Assembly: GCA_021814695.1 (NCBI GenBank)
Contig: JAKAHY010000006.1
Location: forward strand, 49 to 64,048
DNA length: 64,000 bases
Direction of reading: 5' to 3'
DNA from: a bacterium
Lineage (GTDB): Bacteria > Patescibacteriota > Minisyncoccia > UBA6257 > JAGOQP01
In this document: positions 7,984-17,756 of the stretch, in pieces
Layout: each line of letters starts with the position of its first letter
How positions within the stretch are numbered: the first letter of the stretch is position 1
Translations under genes and position numbers: made by a program
Notes under the pieces: model-generated
Told to the model about the DNA's origin: nothing
The model's database searches: none
The model's input: the letters and a program-made list of their open reading frames with translations, nothing else

Positions 7984-9504
7984 ATGTCTTCTAATAAAGC
8001 CCAAAACGCGGGGCAGGCTCCGCTTAATAACCCGACTCAAAAACCGCTATCTGTCGGAGGCAATACCGGCGCCCTTAAGGCGCGCCCGCCGATTGTGGTG
8101 GTAATGGGCCACGTTGACCATGGCAAAACCACTCTCTTGGATTACATTCGAAAAACGAAAGTAGCCGAACGTGAGGCGGGCGGAATCACCCAATCTATCG
8201 GTGCTTATGAAATAGAAAAAAATGGGCAGAAGATGACATTTATAGATACGCCCGGACACGAAGCGTTTACAAAAATGCGTCAGAGAGGAGCCCATGTTGC
8301 CGATATCGGGATTTTAGTTATCGGCGCCGATGATGGAGTTAAGCCGCAAACCGAAGAAGCGATAGCAATTTTGCAGAATTCGAACACTCCTTTTGCGGTC
8401 GCAATAAATAAAATAGACAAAAACAACGCCGATATTGAGAGAACAAAAAATGACCTGCTTAAACACGGCGTTCTTTTGGAGGGATTTGGAGGAAACATTT
8501 CATGGTGCGCGATATCGGCAAAGCAGGGAGAAGGCGTGGATGAGCTTTTGGATTTGGTTTTGTTAATGTGGCAGGTTGAAAATCTTACTTACAATCCATC
8601 CGTCCCGGCCAAGGGATTTATTATAGAAGCCAAAGTAGACAGCAGGAGAGGGGCCGCCGTTTCGGTAGTCGTTACCGACGGCATTATTCGTGAAGGTAAT
8701 GATATTGCGACGCCGACAGCCTGCGGAAAAATAAAAATGCTTGAAAATTTTTTGGGAAAAAGAGTTACGGAACTTGCTCCTTCCAGCCCGGCTCTTATTT
8801 TAGGATTTGAAAGCCTACCTTCCGTGGGGCAATCTTTCACTGCCGGAGATCTTGAACTTGAAATTGCTCCTAATTTGGCCCCGGGATTGAAACCGAAAAT
8901 GAATCTTAGCGAAACCGAAAAAGAAACCATGATGCCGGTTATGATTAAAGCAGACGTTTCCGGTTCTTTGGAAGCATTGGCGCATGTTATCGGAGCTTTA
9001 GAGATTGACGGGAAAAAATTCAAAATTGTTTCCGAGGAGGTCGGAGAAATTACCGATGGCGACATAAAAGATGCCAGCGCTACGGGGTCTATTGTTGTAG
9101 GATTCAATACAAAAATCATCAAATCGGCTGATAACTTAGCCAGAGGCCAGAATGTCAGAGTTGTAACTTCAAATATCATTTATAGAATTGTAGAGGCTCT
9201 CGAGGAGTCTATTAGAGCCATTGAGGGGGGTGAAAAGGGACCGACAATGGAAGTGCTTGCGATATTCAGCCAGAAAGGAAAAAAACAACTCGTCGGAGGG
9301 AAAATATTATCCGGAATATTTACGCTAAACCAAAAGGTTAATATATTAAGACAGGACAAAGCCGTCGGTGCCGGAAGAATAACCAGTTTGCAGCAGGGAA
9401 AGGCGGTTGTTAAAAAAGTTTCCGAAGGAGAATTCGGGCTTATGGTTGAATCTTCGGTCGTTGTCCAGGTGGGAGATGTGCTTGAAATAGAATATACCAA
9501 ATAA
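7984..9504 (+). CDS. infB: Translation initiation factor IF-2
   Basis: RPPIVVVMGHVDHGKTTLLD, EAGGITQ, DTPGHEAF, NKID. Confidence 0.97.
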   Translation: MSSNKAQNAGQAPLNNPTQKPLSVGGNTGALKARPPIVVVMGHVDHGKTTLLDYIRKTKVAEREAGGITQSIGAYEIEKNGQKMTFIDTPGHEAFTKMRQRGAHVADIGILVIGADDGVKPQTEEAIAILQNSNTPFAVAINKIDKNNADIERTKNDLLKHGVLLEGFGGNISWCAISAKQGEGVDELLDLVLLMWQVENLTYNPSVPAKGFIIEAKVDSRRGAAVSVVVTDGIIREGNDIATPTACGKIKMLENFLGKRVTELAPSSPALILGFESLPSVGQSFTAGDLELEIAPNLAPGLKPKMNLSETEKETMMPVMIKADVSGSLEALAHVIGALEIDGKKFKIVSEEVGEITDGDIKDASATGSIVVGFNTKIIKSADNLARGQNVRVVTSNIIYRIVEALEESIRAIEGGEKGPTMEVLAIFSQKGKKQLVGGKILSGIFTLNQKVNILRQDKAVGAGRITSLQQGKAVVKKVSEGEFGLMVESSVVVQVGDVLEIEYTK

Positions 9505-9611
9505 TCAAACAGATATAAGTTGATATGGGTAGATATTAATGGAGATAATTGAGTAATAGTTTATATCAATTTGTATTGCGAAGCATATATCAACTTTTAT
9601 CAATTTTTACT

Positions 9612-9887
9612 ATGTCTCTTTACAGAAAACCGCGATTAGAAAGCCTTATTGCTCAGCTGCTTTCGGAACAAATTATCAGAACGATAGAATCCGACAAGTC
9701 TCTGATTACCATTACTTCGGTTGAAGTTGACGAGGATCACGACAAAACTATCGTGATTGTTTCTGTCTACCCCGACGAGCAAAAGAAAAACGTCTTAATA
9801 AAATTGAATGCGGAAGCTCCTTCTTTGGCGTGGCACTTGCTCAAAAAAATAAGGATTAAAAAAATACCGACGCTTGTGTTCAAGTAA
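9612..9887 (+). CDS. rbfA: Ribosome-binding factor A
   Basis: Follows infB; ITITSVEV...IKKIPTLVF. Confidence 0.8.
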   Translation: MSLYRKPRLESLIAQLLSEQIIRTIESDKSLITITSVEVDEDHDKTIVIVSVYPDEQKKNVLIKLNAEAPSLAWHLLKKIRIKKIPTLVFK

Positions 9888-9911
9888 TTTTTTTGGAAAA
9901 ATAACAATATT

Positions 9912-9983
9912 GGCCTGGTAGCCAAGTGGTAAGGCGAGGGTCTGCAAAACCCTTATACGCGGGTTCAATTCCCGCCCAGGCCT
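9912..9983 (+). tRNA. tRNA-Cys(GCA)
   Basis: GGCCTGG/CCAGGCC acceptor stem, anticodon loop CTGCAAA, GTTCAA T-loop. Confidence 0.95.
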
Positions 9984-10058
9984 CAATACTAGCTGTTAGT
10001 AACTAGTAATCGGTAAATAGTAAATAGCTTTTGATTTAGGCCCTAACGAAAAAAATAA

Positions 10059-10142
10059 GCCCGGGTGCTGAAACTGGTAGACAGTCAGGACTTAAAATCC
10101 TGTGAGGGCAACCTCGTGTGGGTTCGATTCCCACCCCGGGCA
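10059..10142 (+). tRNA. tRNA-Leu(TAA)
   Basis: GCCCGGG acceptor stem, CAGGA-CTTAAAA-TCCTG, long variable arm. Confidence 0.95.
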
Positions 10143-11094
10143 CAAACAAAAATACCCCAAGTGGGTATTTTATTTTTTGCATTCGGGTAAAATAAAATTC
10201 TTTATAAAAAAGGGCAGAAATGCCGATTTTTTGTTGCCACCGCCACTCTTGACATATATATGTATATATGCTAATATGTAGTTTGAAATATTGCCAACAT
10301 CCAGCACATTCCAAACGGACAGCAGAAAGGAGCAAGCGATGAATAACAAGGTGGAGTCTGTGGACTATCAGGAGTCCCTTTCGATCAAAGTCGGGAAGTT
10401 TCTTCTCTTGAAGGGATTCGATCTTGCCTCATGCACCGGCCTCGCGTTGGATTCGCTGGTCGAGACCTGCTCGCTCGGTATCCTGCGTGAGGATCCCGAA
10501 GCGAGACCGAGAACGTACTTCTTTGGGCTCATCAGGCGAGACCCGCGCCGGGTCTTTCTCGGCACGGTCTGGTTCAGCAACAGTATGCGCGGTGCGACCG
10601 AGCAGAACTGGGTATTCGATGCGTACGGACGCAAGCATGTCAATTTGGTCAGGCAACTGGCCGAAGAGATGGCTTCGGCCTTCAACGTCAAGATCGCCCT
10701 TCGTCTCGTGCATGAGCAGCCCGACGTCGAGACTTACCTCTCCGACTACTAGTCGCATGGAGAAGCTTCTCAACATGAGCCCCTCGTGGAATCTAACTCC
10801 GCTTGGGGCTCTATCTTTTTCTAAAATTGAAATTTTCATAAAAATAATATTATTCTTTAGATATCCACTCTGATAATTTTTGGGTTGAATATCGCCAAAG
10901 AAAAACTCAAAATTGTCAGCGGTGCGGCTCCGCCACCTTTCCGAATTTTCGCGGAGGGAGTTTTCACCGCCACAGGCGGTGAAACAGGTTCGCACTAATT
11001 CAAGAATAGAGCACAAACAAAAATACCCACTTGGGGTATTTTTGTTTGTAATTGGTTAGCGGTGAGATAGCGAAGCGTCCCACCCCGGGCACAA
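10129..11094. mobile_element. tRNA-Leu 3'-integrated mini-island (att-like duplication)
   Basis: 17-bp direct repeat TCCCACCCCGGGCACAA at 10129-10145 and 11078-11094; no integrase inside. Confidence 0.6.
10339..10752 (+). CDS. Hypothetical protein (GC-rich orphan)
   Basis: SD GAAAGGAG before ATG 10339, upstream TTGACA promoter, downstream hairpin plus T-run. Confidence 0.7.
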   Translation: MNNKVESVDYQESLSIKVGKFLLLKGFDLASCTGLALDSLVETCSLGILREDPEARPRTYFFGLIRRDPRRVFLGTVWFSNSMRGATEQNWVFDAYGRKHVNLVRQLAEEMASAFNVKIALRLVHEQPDVETYLSDY

Positions 11095-11097
11095 GAA

Positions 11098-11502
11098 TTG
11101 ACTCTAGATGGTCGCAAGCCTACTATACTAGCAGAACCCAATGAGGCGAGCGTGAGAAGGTTGGCAGACCTACTATTCTCTCTGAATGTCAGAACGGTAT
11201 CGATAAGAGCTGTAGAATCGGAATATTTTCATTCAGCCAGTATTTTTAGTGATGCGGTAGATAGTATTATCTTTGGTGGAAAGTGCATCGGATTCAGGAG
11301 GTTATATTTGAAATGGAGGCGATGGGAAAAGGAATGGGTGCGAAGGGGAGGCAGGCCGATGCCGTTGGAGTGGTTTTCGGAAAGAACCGTCCTCAATCTG
11401 GAAACTATCAGATTGAAATATGTGGACAATCGGCTAAAGCCGGGAGAAGCGCCAACCTATTTTGCTGACGATTACTTTGAGCTCGCTTTTGAAGATGAAT
11501 AA
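11098..11502 (+). CDS. Hypothetical protein (start uncertain)
   Basis: 134-codon ORF followed by a terminator-like hairpin. Confidence 0.4.
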   Translation: MTLDGRKPTILAEPNEASVRRLADLLFSLNVRTVSIRAVESEYFHSASIFSDAVDSIIFGGKCIGFRRLYLKWRRWEKEWVRRGGRPMPLEWFSERTVLNLETIRLKYVDNRLKPGEAPTYFADDYFELAFEDE

Positions 11503-11581
11503 TTTCCGGCATTTGCCGGTCTTTTTATTTTTATGACTTTATGGTAACTTCCGATTAGTTTTTTGACAGGAGGCGGCCAAA

Positions 11582-12262
11582 ATGAGCCGACGGTTCCCGT
11601 TTGCTATCAGCGTGGATTGTACTAAATTGCACGATTTAGTGTCCGATTTCGACAGGCGTCATTCTGTTGAAATAACGGAATTTCAAAATCTGGAATTAGT
11701 CGTCGGGGAACTTCAAAAAAAAGACCCCAGACAGTTCGGGGAATTCGCGTTTTCAACTGAAGGAAATTGGAATAAGACAGTAGTCGATGTTCTTGCCGCC
11801 GTGAAAAGAGCCGGGAAAGAAAAGGATATGGAATCAATGCGCAGAAAAATTCACAAACAGCTGGTTCTTTCTTTAGCTCATGAATCCGGCCACTGGTATA
11901 TGTTCCATACCGATAAAAGGACTCTATTAAATTCCGGTAGGATTCTGGAAAAAGTGTTGAGGATATTTTTTGGATCACTTGCCGGTGTAATGGTTGTTAT
12001 TGCCGGTGTGGTGATTTTTGAGAATTTTTCCGTGATGCATTTTTCTTCGCTGGTCGGAGCCGATGTTTTGGAAGGAGTATTCGGTATTCTTTTGGCCTCA
12101 AGTTTTTATTCGGGGTTGCAATTGGCCCAAACAATGGCCAAAGATCTTACCTACATTCTTTCAAAATCCGAACGTTTTGCCAGAAAATTCGAAAAGTGGG
12201 CCAAGAAAGATACTCGCTGGAATGAGGTAGTATCTGTTAAATGGAATGAACGGCCGCTGTAG
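11582..12262 (+). CDS. Hypothetical membrane protein with HExxH motif
   Basis: SD AGGAGG; LAHESGHW; two TM segments. Confidence 0.6.
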   Translation: MSRRFPFAISVDCTKLHDLVSDFDRRHSVEITEFQNLELVVGELQKKDPRQFGEFAFSTEGNWNKTVVDVLAAVKRAGKEKDMESMRRKIHKQLVLSLAHESGHWYMFHTDKRTLLNSGRILEKVLRIFFGSLAGVMVVIAGVVIFENFSVMHFSSLVGADVLEGVFGILLASSFYSGLQLAQTMAKDLTYILSKSERFARKFEKWAKKDTRWNEVVSVKWNERPL

Positions 12263-12326
12263 AGCGGCTTTTTTGCGAAATTTTTTTTAATTTGCTAATA
12301 TTGGTTCAGTTCGTTGAGAGGCTAAA

Positions 12327-13112
12327 ATGCACGAGGTAGAACCGAAGGTTTTTCTTGTCGGAGAAACGCGAATTATGACGGATGAGTTTATGGAATATTT
12401 GGAGCATATTGAAGTTCCTGGATGGAACTCCGATGCACCATCCGACCCGGAGAAGCTTATCGAGTTTATGGGACGTCTTTGTTACAAGAGTTTTGTTCCG
12501 GGACTGAATCCCAATGTGACAAAAATCCGTGAAGGAAATGACGAATATCTGGCCAATCTTTCCAATGTGAAGCACGGCTCAGTTTTGGAGCACGTTGTGT
12601 TTAACTTCGTATTTTCCGACGTATCGAGAGTATTCACTCATGAGCTTGTTCGCCACCGCGCCGGAGTTGCGATTTCTCAGGAAAGCCTGAGGTATGTTCG
12701 TCTCACCGAGATTGGATTCATGATGCCAAGCGTTTTTGCCAATGACCCCGAGGTTGTGGAGAAGTGTTCCAAGTATGTGGAAGAGGGAGAAAATCTTCAA
12801 CTCTGGTTGGCGGAACATTTTGGTCTGGATAATCCGGGCGTTGGATTTCCTTTTAAGAAAAAGGTCACTTCCGCAATGAGGAGAGTTGCTGTTCTCGGTC
12901 TGGCTACGACTATCGGTTGGTCGGCCAATGCCCGCGCGCTGCGTTGGGTTCTGGAAATGCGTACTCATCCTAGCGCCGAAGAGGAAATTCGTATGGTATT
13001 CGGGAAAGTTGGCGAAATGATGTGTGCTAAATACCCCAATCTTTTCGGAGATTTTGAAGTGGTAATGGAAGACGGACTGCCACACTACAAGCCTCGTAAC
13101 AGTAAAGTATAA
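12327..13112 (+). CDS. thyX: FAD-dependent thymidylate synthase
   Basis: HGSVLEH...SRVFTHELVRHRAGVAISQESLRY (RHRx7SxR). Confidence 0.95.
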   Translation: MHEVEPKVFLVGETRIMTDEFMEYLEHIEVPGWNSDAPSDPEKLIEFMGRLCYKSFVPGLNPNVTKIREGNDEYLANLSNVKHGSVLEHVVFNFVFSDVSRVFTHELVRHRAGVAISQESLRYVRLTEIGFMMPSVFANDPEVVEKCSKYVEEGENLQLWLAEHFGLDNPGVGFPFKKKVTSAMRRVAVLGLATTIGWSANARALRWVLEMRTHPSAEEEIRMVFGKVGEMMCAKYPNLFGDFEVVMEDGLPHYKPRNSKV

Positions 13113-13195
13113 AAACAAGGGCACTCTCGCCCTTTTTTGTTGCCAGTTTTTGTGACATCGTGTATTCTTTCTGACAGGACACAAAAGGAGGTTTA

Positions 13196-13516
13196 ATGAA
13201 ACAGCTCGGTTGTGCGATTTTTGGAAACGAAAATATCGGAAAAAATATCAGGGAAGAATGCGCCAGGCTTTTGCTGAAAGCATATGAGGCCGAAAATGGA
13301 TATGTGAGTCCGGAGACGTCCGTTAAGGCTCGCCTTATCGAGGTTGGAGCCGTTGATTTTATCGGTAAAATTTCCGTTCAGATTCTGGTATATCTGGGCT
13401 ATCTGGAGCGTTCCAAGCATTTGAGTGATTCTTACAAGATTACCAAAAAGGGAAGCAATCTGGTTAAACCGTATGTCGATGCCAAAAAGGCACAAGGCCA
13501 TCTGTTCGAAAAGTAA
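13196..13516 (+). CDS. Hypothetical protein (possible winged helix)
   Basis: SD AAGGAGG; LGYLE...YKITKKG pattern. Confidence 0.55.
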   Translation: MKQLGCAIFGNENIGKNIREECARLLLKAYEAENGYVSPETSVKARLIEVGAVDFIGKISVQILVYLGYLERSKHLSDSYKITKKGSNLVKPYVDAKKAQGHLFEK

Positions 13517-13790
13517 CAGTACTCACCGTCACGATGTTTCATCGGGCGGATTTTTTTGTCCATGTTATTTCACGATCGTGAAATAACATGGACTGGGGTT
13601 TTGATTGTCTATTCTATTTATCTAAGTGTTGTTGATTATTTTTGCAATTTCAGTTTAAATATAGGTGATTGCATGGCCCTATCGTCTCCTCCTTCGCTTT
13701 CATTGTATTCAAGCTTCGGACGGACAAGTCATAATATTCAATGTTCTGTCTTGCCCCTCGAAGCTCTGATATAATTCAGAGCGTAGTAGG

Positions 13791-13865
13791 GGCCCTATCG
13801 TCTAGTCTGGTCTAGGACACAGGATTTTCATTCCTGGAACTCGGGTTCAAATCCCGATGGGGTCA
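13791..13865 (+). tRNA. tRNA-Glu(TTC)
   Basis: CAGGA-TTTTCAT-TCCTG anticodon arm; GGTTCAAATCC. Confidence 0.93.
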
Positions 13866-14159
13866 CAAAATAAAATTACGCCATAAAGGCGTAATTTTAT
13901 TTTGTGTATCACAGCGGATTTGAATCAGAAGGGGTCGGGGAACCAGTGGTCCCCCGTATAGGAAAAAGTCCGCCCAGGGCGGACGTCAAGAAACCGAGGG
14001 TTTCTTAATCGGGGGTCGGGGGTGAGCGTGAAAATCCCTGGGGTCACACAAGTTATATTTCTTTATATTTTTCACCACAATCCCTAGACGGAGGTTAATT
14101 TGACGCACTATTGATTTTGTGTTAATACGTTATCAGTTCGTTGAATCAAGGGGGATTCT

Positions 14160-14960
14160 ATGAGCCAGCAAAGCTGGTGCACCAATGGACACGGCGCTTT
14201 TACCGGATTCACATGCCCTATCTGCGCCTTGATTGAAGAGTCTCGTGCTCGTGAAGAGCGGGAACGCAAAGAGCGCGAGGAGGAAGATAAGAAGCGTAAG
14301 GCCGAAGAAGAACGACGTAGGTTGGAAGAAGAGGAAGAAGATGAATATGAGGAATCAAAGGAACAAATATTTACCGATATTGGAGAAATGCTCGCTTGTG
14401 CATTTTCAGATCAAAAAGAATTTAAAGAAAAATGCGCAAAAGCGGTTGGGATGATTCTTTCGGGCCAATTTCGTGATGCCGAGTCAGTGCTCCTCACTCT
14501 TATTGGTTGGGCTGAGAGATTTTCATCTGAGGGCCACGCACCAGAATCCTTTTTCTTTCCTCACTTTCTGCTATTTGAAGTTCGTTCCTTTAACGACATC
14601 GATGGGACGCAAGAGCTCGTTGATGGACTGATGAAAGTCAAGAGTGTGTTTGTGATAGGGAGAGGGAATGACTACGACAGCAGTAATTATCTCGGAGACT
14701 CTTTTGCAGATCTTAAAAAGGTACTTGGGCGTGGAGGGTGTCCGCGCAACCTTGAAATTGCGCTGATAGAATTTATCAAAACATATGCGGCGCATAACGC
14801 AGACAAAATGACTGATGCGGAAGCCGAAAGAATTCGGCATTATAACTGGTTTCCTTGGTGGCCAAAGAAAAAGCGTTTACTTTTCCGGCAAGCTGTATAT
14901 GAAAAGGAATTTCTGCGGCTCAAAAATATTCTGGATGCCGCAATAGCGCAAGTCGATTGA
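14160..14960 (+). CDS. Hypothetical protein with N-terminal Zn-knuckle and charged coil
   Basis: CTNGH...CPIC followed by an E/R/K-rich helix; SD GGGGG. Confidence 0.65.
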   Translation: MSQQSWCTNGHGAFTGFTCPICALIEESRAREERERKEREEEDKKRKAEEERRRLEEEEEDEYEESKEQIFTDIGEMLACAFSDQKEFKEKCAKAVGMILSGQFRDAESVLLTLIGWAERFSSEGHAPESFFFPHFLLFEVRSFNDIDGTQELVDGLMKVKSVFVIGRGNDYDSSNYLGDSFADLKKVLGRGGCPRNLEIALIEFIKTYAAHNADKMTDAEAERIRHYNWFPWWPKKKRLLFRQAVYEKEFLRLKNILDAAIAQVD

Positions 14961-15127
14961 TTTTTCGCCAAAGCCGATGCTGAGGCGATTTTTTATTACA
15001 AACAAAGCGTTTTAATTGCTTTAAAATATGAGGAAGTTTTGGATTTTAAATTTCTGAATTTACAATGATTGACTCAGGCGTAGATTTGGCGCAAGATTAT
15101 ACACAGGGTCTTTGACCCGTTTTTTGT

Positions 15128-16624
15128 ATGAAACCCCCTACATTTTATCGCCTCATGGATATGGTTCCCGGATCACTTACCTGGGCCACTATTATCCTAA
15201 TGATATTGATTTCGATACTGATACCAGAAGCTGTGGCTGTTTTCATTATCTTATTTGATATTTATTGGCTGCTTAAAACTATTTATTTATCTCTGCATCT
15301 CAGGAGCAGCTTTAAAAAGCTTAAATCTAATATGACCACTGATTGGATTAAGGCATTAAATAGCGATCCAAAAACCAAACAGATCTGGCAGGAAATTTAT
15401 CATCTTGTCATTCTGCCTATGGTTAACGAACCTTACGGTGTGGTTTCCGAAACTTTTAGCCAGCTTGAAAAATCAAATTATCCTTCCGATAAATTAATTG
15501 TTGTTTTGGCTATAGAAGAAAGAGCCGGACAGCAAGCTCAGGATGTCGCTCAGAAAATAAAGCAAAACTTCGGAGATAAGTTTTATAAATTTATTGTTAC
15601 CACGCATCCTAAAGATTTACCTAACGAAATGCCAGGTAAGGGATCCAATGAATCATGGGCGGCTCAACAAGTTCAGAAGGAGATTATAGACGCTCTTAAA
15701 ATCCCCTACGAAAATATCTTGGTTTCTGTTTTTGATGTTGATACCCAGGTTTACTCGGAATATTTCGGAATTTTAACGTACACATTTCTAACCAGCGATG
15801 ATGGCCAGCATTCAAGTTTTCAACCCGTTCCTTTATTTTTGAATAATGTATACAAGGCTCCTGCGCTTGCCCGCATAATAGGATTTTCGTCAACTTTCTG
15901 GCATCTGATGCAGCAGTCTCGGGCAGAAAAGCTCACGACGTTTTCATCGCATTCGCTGCCTTTTAAAGCACTTTCCGAAATAGGCTTTTGGCAAAAAGAT
16001 ATCGTTTCGGAAGATTCCAGAATATTTTGGCAACTCTACGTTCATTTCGACGGTAACTGGAAAGCAATTCCGTTATTTTATCCGGTTTCAATGGACGCCA
16101 ATGCCGCCCCGACTTTCTGGCAGACAATGGTTAATCTGTATAAACAGCAGAGGCGTTGGGCCTGGGGAAGCGAAAACGTCGCTTACATTTTCAGCGGTTT
16201 CAAGAAAAATAAGAAAATCCGGACATCCAAAAAATGGTACTGGGGATTTCATCTTCTTGAGGGCTATCATTCATGGGCTACCAGCTCCATAATACTTTTT
16301 GCTCTCGGATGGCTTCCTATAATTTTGGGTGGGCAGATGTTCCGTCTCACGCTTTTGGCATACAACTTGCCTCAAATTACGAGGCTGATTATGACCCTGG
16401 CTTCTCTGGGAATTGTGAGCTCGGCGGTCCTTTCGATGGCGCTTCTTCCTCCAAAACCGGCAGGGTTTAAAAAAATCAATTCGATTTGGTATTTTGTTTC
16501 CTGGCTGTTAATGCCTCTCACTCTGATAATATTCGGTTCATTGCCGGCGATTGAAGCTCAGACTCGTTTGGCATTATCCGGGAAATTCAGGTTGGATTTT
16601 TGGGTCACGCCTAAACATCGATAA
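15128..16624 (+). CDS. GT2-family membrane glycosyltransferase
   Basis: DVD, SED and QQRRW motifs; TM segments at both ends. Confidence 0.85.
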   Translation: MKPPTFYRLMDMVPGSLTWATIILMILISILIPEAVAVFIILFDIYWLLKTIYLSLHLRSSFKKLKSNMTTDWIKALNSDPKTKQIWQEIYHLVILPMVNEPYGVVSETFSQLEKSNYPSDKLIVVLAIEERAGQQAQDVAQKIKQNFGDKFYKFIVTTHPKDLPNEMPGKGSNESWAAQQVQKEIIDALKIPYENILVSVFDVDTQVYSEYFGILTYTFLTSDDGQHSSFQPVPLFLNNVYKAPALARIIGFSSTFWHLMQQSRAEKLTTFSSHSLPFKALSEIGFWQKDIVSEDSRIFWQLYVHFDGNWKAIPLFYPVSMDANAAPTFWQTMVNLYKQQRRWAWGSENVAYIFSGFKKNKKIRTSKKWYWGFHLLEGYHSWATSSIILFALGWLPIILGGQMFRLTLLAYNLPQITRLIMTLASLGIVSSAVLSMALLPPKPAGFKKINSIWYFVSWLLMPLTLIIFGSLPAIEAQTRLALSGKFRLDFWVTPKHR

Positions 16625-16630
16625 TTTTTT

Positions 16631-17713
16631 ATGAGAATACTTTCAATTGAGACAAGTTGTGACGAAACGGCGATGGCGATACTGGATATTTCCGGTTCTT
16701 TATCAAATCCTAAAATAAAAATTATTAAAGACATTGTTGCGTCTCAGATAAAACTGCACGCCAAATTCGGAGGTGTAGTTCCTAATCTGGCAAAAAGAGA
16801 ACATCTCAAAAATCTTCCCATATTACTTTCAAAAGTTGTCACTTCTGAGAAATATATCAAATCTATCGATGTTATTGCCGTCACTGTCGGTCCGGGGCTT
16901 GAGCCGGCTCTCTGGACCGGAATCCAGTTTGCAAAAGATCTGTCCAAAAAATGGAAAAAGCCGATTATCGGGGTAAATCATTTAAGTGGGCATCTCTACA
17001 GTTTTTTACTCTCGCCGAAATCAAAAAAAAGAAAAATATTCCCGGCAATATCCCTGATAGTCAGCGGAGGGCACACGATATTGGCGTATATGAAAAATTC
17101 CGGCGGTTATGAAAAGCTTGGCGAGACTTTAGATGACGCTGTCGGCGAATCATTCGATAAGGTCGCCCGGCTGTTAAACCTTCCGTATCCCGGTGGTCCG
17201 GCTCTGGAGAAATTAGCTCAAAAAGGCAATGAGAAAGCCATTCCTTTTCCTTCTCCGATGATCAACCAAAATAATTACGATTTTAGTTATTCGGGGCTTA
17301 AAACTTCGGTTTTGTACTATCTTAAAAATTTAGGCTCTACGGCCAAAGATTTTTCGCTGTCCTTATCCGACAAAAAATCCCTTAAAAAAATAGAAAGCCA
17401 AAAAAATCTCAAAGCCGATATTGCCGCATCGTTTCAGAGAGCGGCATTTGCCGCGCCGGTTAAAAAAACTTTGGCCGCGGCAAAGAAATTAAAAGCGCGT
17501 TCGATTTTGATAGGCGGAGGAGTGGCCGCAAATCGGATGTTGCCAAAAATGATGAGGGCGGAAATAAAATCCAAAGATTTGGATATTGAGGTTATTGTCC
17601 CTCCGTTAAAATATTGCATGGACAATGCAGTAATGATTGCCCTTGCTTCCCGCCTACAACCCAAAAACAGAAAAAAATATCCGCTACGCGCCGATGGAAA
17701 TCTTAGTTTATAG
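16631..17713 (+). CDS. tsaD: tRNA threonylcarbamoyltransferase TsaD
   Basis: IETSCDETA, GGVVP, VSGGHT, DDAVGESFDKVAR, DNAVMI. Confidence 0.97.
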   Translation: MRILSIETSCDETAMAILDISGSLSNPKIKIIKDIVASQIKLHAKFGGVVPNLAKREHLKNLPILLSKVVTSEKYIKSIDVIAVTVGPGLEPALWTGIQFAKDLSKKWKKPIIGVNHLSGHLYSFLLSPKSKKRKIFPAISLIVSGGHTILAYMKNSGGYEKLGETLDDAVGESFDKVARLLNLPYPGGPALEKLAQKGNEKAIPFPSPMINQNNYDFSYSGLKTSVLYYLKNLGSTAKDFSLSLSDKKSLKKIESQKNLKADIAASFQRAAFAAPVKKTLAAAKKLKARSILIGGGVAANRMLPKMMRAEIKSKDLDIEVIVPPLKYCMDNAVMIALASRLQPKNRKKYPLRADGNLSL

Positions 17714-17756
17714 AAGGATATTGATACAAACGATTACCGCTGGTAATCTATAACCG

